Below, one piece after another: positions 59,036 through 64,000 of a stretch of DNA of 64,000 nt (its first letter is position 1; every line of letters begins with the position of its first letter). Under the pieces are notes generated by a model. It saw only the letters and a program-made list of their open reading frames with translations. It had not been told where the DNA came from and did not search any database. This DNA is from Entomortierella parvispora E1425 (lineage: Eukaryota > Fungi > Mortierellomycota): the NCBI GenBank assembly GCA_020891255.1, contig BQFW01000004.1, positions 558,001 through 622,000 on the forward strand, given 5' to 3'. Position numbers and translations under genes: made by a program.

Positions 59036-61023
59036 TTAGAGGTCGTCGCGACTGCCAATGCTGTTGCGGTGATGGCTCTGACGGCGGGTGCGACTCGACT
59101 CAACACCTGAAGCAGTTGCAGACTGGTTGGCGGGGATCTTTTCAGTCAACTCAAACTCTCCAGCATCCTCGACGGCCTTCGGGGTAGAGGCAGCAGCATC
59201 AGGGGCGGGCAAGGTCTCTTCCGAGGCACCAGCACCGACGCCATGCTCTGCGTGCTCCAAAGGATCCTGGCCCTTGATCTTACGAATCAAACGCACCAAC
59301 CAAGGAGGCAGGACACCCTCACCCTGAGGACCCATTCTGAAGGACATGACAGGATCCCTGTCGTTCTTGTTTGGAGGTACCCAACGACCGCCCGACAACT
59401 TCTCGACCAGCCAGACAGTTCCGTTGATGACAACAGCAGCCAATAAACCTCCAAGAAGACCATAGGCAATGTTATAGGTCAAAGGCATCATAGCCAGGGT
59501 CAAGAAGGCAGGGATTGAATCTCCAATGTAGTTGAAGTTGATCTCTGTTACTGACTTTGTCATCAACGAGCCGACAAAGATCAAGGCTGGACCAGTGGCC
59601 CAAGGAGGGATCGCAGAGAAGATGGGCGAGAAGAACAAAGAGATAAAGAAGCAGAATCCTGTCATGATGGCCGTAAGACCAGTGCGTCCACCCTCGGTAA
59701 TACCGGCACCAGACTCCACGAACGCGGTGACATCCGACGTTCCAAAGACAGCTCCCAAGGTGACACAGAGTGCATCGGTGATAAAAGCTGGGGTAGAGCC
59801 CTCAAAGTCGCCTGTCTTGGGATCCATGAATCCAGCAAACTGAGCCATCGAAAACATGGTACCGGTGGTGTCCAGAATATCAACGTACAGGAAGGTGATC
59901 AACGCCAACCAGAATTCGCCCGTGTTCAGCTCAAAGTCCATGACGGCCCAAGTCTTTTGAATCGTATGGAAACTGACCACCTGCTTGAAATACTGGAATC
60001 GGCTCTCGCCCTGGGGATCGAAGGGGAAGTAGGTCACGGCCGAATGACGGAACCAAGAAACCACAGCAACAAACAAAATACCGATTAAGATGGCTCCCTT
60101 GACCTTAAACAGGACCAAGATGGAGATCATGAAAAGTCCCAAGACACCCATCCACGTACGAGGCGACTCCATGCGGTGAGAGACACATGCGCCGGTTGCG
60201 TCCAAGTACTCAGTGTTGCAGCCTCCCAAACCGACCAAAGTGGCAGGATCGGCGCCAATGAGACCGATACCGGCAGAGGACTGCATACCGATGAAGCACA
60301 GGTAAAGACCGATACCGACACCGGTAGCGACCTTGATGTTGCGAGGAATACAGCGAGCGAGCCATTGACGGAGACCCAAAACAGAGAGAACCAAAAAGAT
60401 CAAACCCTCGATAAACACCGCAGCCAAGGCGACCTGGTAACTAATCCTGCCACTTCCAAACTTTCCGACGACGGTATATGTAAAGTAAGCGTTGATTCCC
60501 ATTCTATTTGATCGAGATCAAGACACCGGTCAGTATAAAGGGATAGCCCTGGAGCTTGAGATCCAAAACGACCGTTGCTTGTACTTTACCCAGGAGCCAT
60601 GCCCAAGGGCAAGTTGGAAAAGAGACCAATGGCTGTAGAGGCAATGCAGGCCATTGCAGCTGTGGCCACAATCAGATCCTTGCGGATGATGTCCACGCAG
60701 CCCATGTAATCGGCGTTGGCAGAGCAATAGGCGATCCTGGCAGCCCCTCCAGCACCGGGTCCAGTCCCATTAGAGGATCCGCCCTTGAGAGGATCCGAAG
60801 GATCATAATCACAGACGCAGGTTCCACCGGTATCGGAGATGATCAGCGAGTTGACAGAGATAATATAGGCCATGGTGACAAAGGTTGCAAAGCCGGCACG
60901 GATCTCGGTTGAGAAGCGAGTGTTGGGACGGGCTTTGGGGTGAGAAGATCCCTCAAGCATGAACCACCGACCGATGGGCGAGCGTGCGACGGCCGTGTTG
61001 AGTTTTTCGACAAATCCTGGCAT
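59036..61023 (-). CDS. azgA: AzgA-type purine (adenine/guanine/hypoxanthine) permease, NCS2 family
   Basis: TRFSTEIRAGFATFVTMAYIISVN, NLPLGMAP|GMGINAYFTYTVVG, YVDILDTTGTM, FVESGAGITEGGRTGLTA. Intron 60504-60589. Confidence 0.95.
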
Positions 61024-61398
61024 TGTCGATTTGGCTGTTGGACTAAGGTCGTGTTCTCTAAGGTGCTGTCCGTTTTCAGTGAGGTTGGAAGTGGTGAGGA
61101 GGGAAAGAAGAAACGGAGGGACCGAACAAAGGTGTTTGATGAAGAGACGTGAAAAACATGAAGATAAATGAAAAAAGAGAAAAAAAAACCTTTGTTTTTC
61201 TCGGCGCAATAAGAAGTCATCTAAAGACGAACCACGTGACGACACACGAGGTGATCAATAAAACTGATCTCAGACGAAAAAAAAAGACCACGAGCACAAC
61301 TCTGTTTCTTTCCTCCTAGCCCAACGCGCAAACGAAAGACACAGATACACGACAAGGAGCACTCACATACGCACTAGAAGCACTACTACATACACAGC

Positions 61399-64000
61399 AT
61401 GGAGAGTGGAGAAGAGTCGTCGATCGTTGATCTGGACCCTTTGAACTCAGTCAGCCAGACAGGTTCATTATTGAACTCTGGGGATACGCAGATGGAGTTC
61501 CTTGAAGAGGTATTGCCAATACTTGACTTAAAGTCAGTCCTGGTCATGAAATGGCAAAGCTGATTTCGCAATGCTGATTGTGCATTTCGCTGCTCCATTA
61601 GATTGCACTCTCATTCGTTACGGACGCGCTTTTTTTGGAGAAAGCCAACGCGCTCCTTTTGAACGAACAGCAGCAGAGTGAAACTCTCCAGATTCGAGCG
61701 GAGAGTATTGTTCGGGATGGCGGGGCCAGCTTTCCATTAAACGACAACGTCGACAAAACCCTCTACATCCTCCAACGGCAGTTTGGCCTCGTTGTTGACG
61801 AAACCAGCGACACTCTCTCCGCGTACATCGCCGCACTGATGAACAAAACCGTTCATGCAACCTTCCAGCTGATTGCACCCGAGTCTAATATCGACATTCC
61901 ACCATCAAACCTGCTTTTACGCGTCATCGCCCAACAGCTTGGTTTGACCATCATAGTGCTGTCAACGAGGTCAATGCCATTACAATATGGAAACGATTTC
62001 TCTTCGACCATCGTTCTGCTGGAGGCTGTGGATGCTTTCAAAAGTGTGCGAACCTACACCCCTCTATCATGCGCGTCGTGTACACCTGTCTATACTGCCA
62101 CACCCTCTCCTACCGCGGAATTATCTTTGAATCCTATCGCCAAGTTCCGGGATCATAAAAGGGCTCGACATACCAAAGACAAGGGCATTGTCAATGTTGT
62201 GGTTGGAAAGAAATGCATCAGAGAAAGATGGTACGTTGAATTGATATTGAGACACTGCTCTGAGCCCCCAGCACATCTTACTAATCCGCCAATTGTAACA
62301 ACCTTAGCGAGATCGTACTCCGAGGACTTGTGAAGGCCGCCGCACAGACAGCCTTTGACACGGCCATGAAAGGCAAGATTGCGTGCCCGCCCGACCTGTC
62401 TTTATTGATGGAGCAGAAGTTTCCAGCCTTAGAGAAGAGGGAACTGGGGCGCAATCGGGTTCCGCCACACATTGTTCAGGAAGCTGTGCGGGATATGGAG
62501 CTTAAGACTGGCCAGCCCGTGGGATCTGTTACGACTCAAGCCTTTAAAGCCAGACTCTGCGAAGAGAACTCTGACTTTTCATCGATAAAAGTATATTTGG
62601 AAACTGCCGAAGAGAAACTTCGACAGATTTGGGACGGTTATGTGCTGGAACACCAACACAATGGCACTCAGGCATCCGTTGTAGCCCCAGCAAGCACCTC
62701 ATCGTCCCCCTCATCAGGCAGCATTCAGAACTCTGAACCATCAAAGGAGGGAGCCGACGAGGAGCAAGAGCTGCGTATGTGCGATGTATCCCTTGGAAAG
62801 ATCCTCCGGCCAGGAATGTACAAAGAAGCTGAAAGGATACTTACGGACAAGCAGACAAGAGTCTCCAACTATATCGACGAAGTGCAAGTTGCACTCCGGA
62901 AAGCGGCAATAGTGGTAAGAGACTGGCGGCTTGCTCTATTATCTCGTCATGTTACTTATTGGTTTATTTCTTTGCTTGACCAAACTATAGACATGTCAGG
63001 GACTTTTGCACACGCAGTCGGAAAACGTCGATTTGAAGTCGTTCCTTCCGAAAGATTTTAAAATAAGGGATCTTTCTCTCGAGAAGAACCCGGTCGTATC
63101 GATAGGAATTGTCTCCAGCACTTTTATGACAAAGTTTGTGAAGACAAAAGACCACGACAGCGATATCGACTCCGACCTCCTCAACCTCTTTGATCAGGCA
63201 ACCATCCAACATCTTTCTTCGAGACTTATTTCAACAGCCTCGGCTTCCGAGCCCCCGCCCAAAAAGCAAAAGCTGGACAGTGGGGATATTGCTCCTGCTG
63301 ATGATGAAAATGACGAGGAGGAAGATAACCAGGAAGATGATGGAGACGACAATACTGAGGTCAAGGATGTCGGTGGTGCAAAGACCAGTAAGGGAAGGGT
63401 CCATCCAGCTTGGGACACATTGGCGTCTATTGTACAGCAAACCACAACCACCACCATCGACCACACTAAAGCGCCGCAAGGGATGGGCCAGGTGAAAAAC
63501 GAGATGATCCGGACCATGGCGACAAATATGAAAAACATTTGGAGCGGGGACATTTATGGTCACGTCAAGAAGGCAGTCGTTCGATACCTTGTCAGGATCC
63601 ATCTTCGCCCTTTGAGTGAGAAGTGGTTTAGAGAGTATAAACAAAAAATGGCCGAAGAAAAGAGAAAGGAAGCCAAGCGACGAAAGTCGATACCAAGATC
63701 CAGACACAAACAGGCGAGAAGGAGGCATCGCAGCCTGCTGAATCAGCTTGACCACACAATCCACAAGTGTGAACTGCACTGGTCAGGATCGACACTCTAC
63801 GTGCGGGATCAGGAGTCTGAAGCTACCGATGTGGAAGTCGAACATCCTTCGCTTTCCGACGGCATGGTCTCTTTGACCCCAAGCTCCCGTGTCTCTAGAG
63901 TCCAGAAGCTGCTCTATTTGATCGGGAACGGACCACTTCCTTTCAACGCCGAGTCAGCTGCTGCTCCCACCGAGGGAGGCCACGATCTCTTGGACGCAGA
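61399..64000 (+). CDS. Large intron-containing protein resembling the N-terminal part of Mortierellaceae Fanzor1/TnpB-like nucleases; incomplete at the right edge
   Basis: Exons 61399-61509, 61602-62230, 62308-62914, then 62991->64000, which is open to the edge and absent from the ORF track. All junctions are GT-AG and in frame. Motifs SNLLLRVIAQQLGLTIIVLSTRS, LRMCDVSLGKILRP, VDLKSFLPKDF, HPAWDTL, APQGM..IRTMATNMKNIWSGDIY..VRYLVRIHLRP. No RuvC is visible in the window. Confidence 0.55.

Noticed and set aside
1-64000. CRISPR array, rRNA or prokaryotic operon
   Set aside because: No repeat-spacer array or rRNA-like sequence; the window is eukaryotic with spliceosomal introns.

Overview
Gene-dense eukaryotic DNA with GT-AG introns and CTAAC/CTGAC-type branch points. 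The gene content (intronless lineage-specific F-box/LRR genes, PMC1, COY1, AzgA) points to an early-diverging fungus, most likely Mortierellaceae (inference). About 23 protein-coding loci could be modelled by eye. Housekeeping genes: M28 ER metallopeptidase, RBM22/SLT11, UAP1, UBE2O, PMC1, COY1/CASP, MED11, PEP4 and AzgA. Two identical tRNA-Gly(GCC) genes are present. Most interesting: (1) an intact, 3-intron gene at 61399 that runs off the right edge, whose last open exon is absent from the ORF track and which resembles the N-terminal part of Mortierella Fanzor1/TnpB-like RNA-guided nucleases; the RuvC domain is not visible in the window; (2) a 2.4-kb segment bounded by the two tRNA-Gly copies that carries a solo gag with two CCHC knuckles, plus a candidate C/D snoRNA fused behind the second tRNA; (3) a tandem array of PEP4 plus three pepsin paralogues that have lost catalytic Asp residues; (4) a coilin homologue, a pirin with a signal-peptide-like leader, and a CAX exchanger with non-canonical signature motifs. 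All family calls come from motif recognition and recall; no database search was run.
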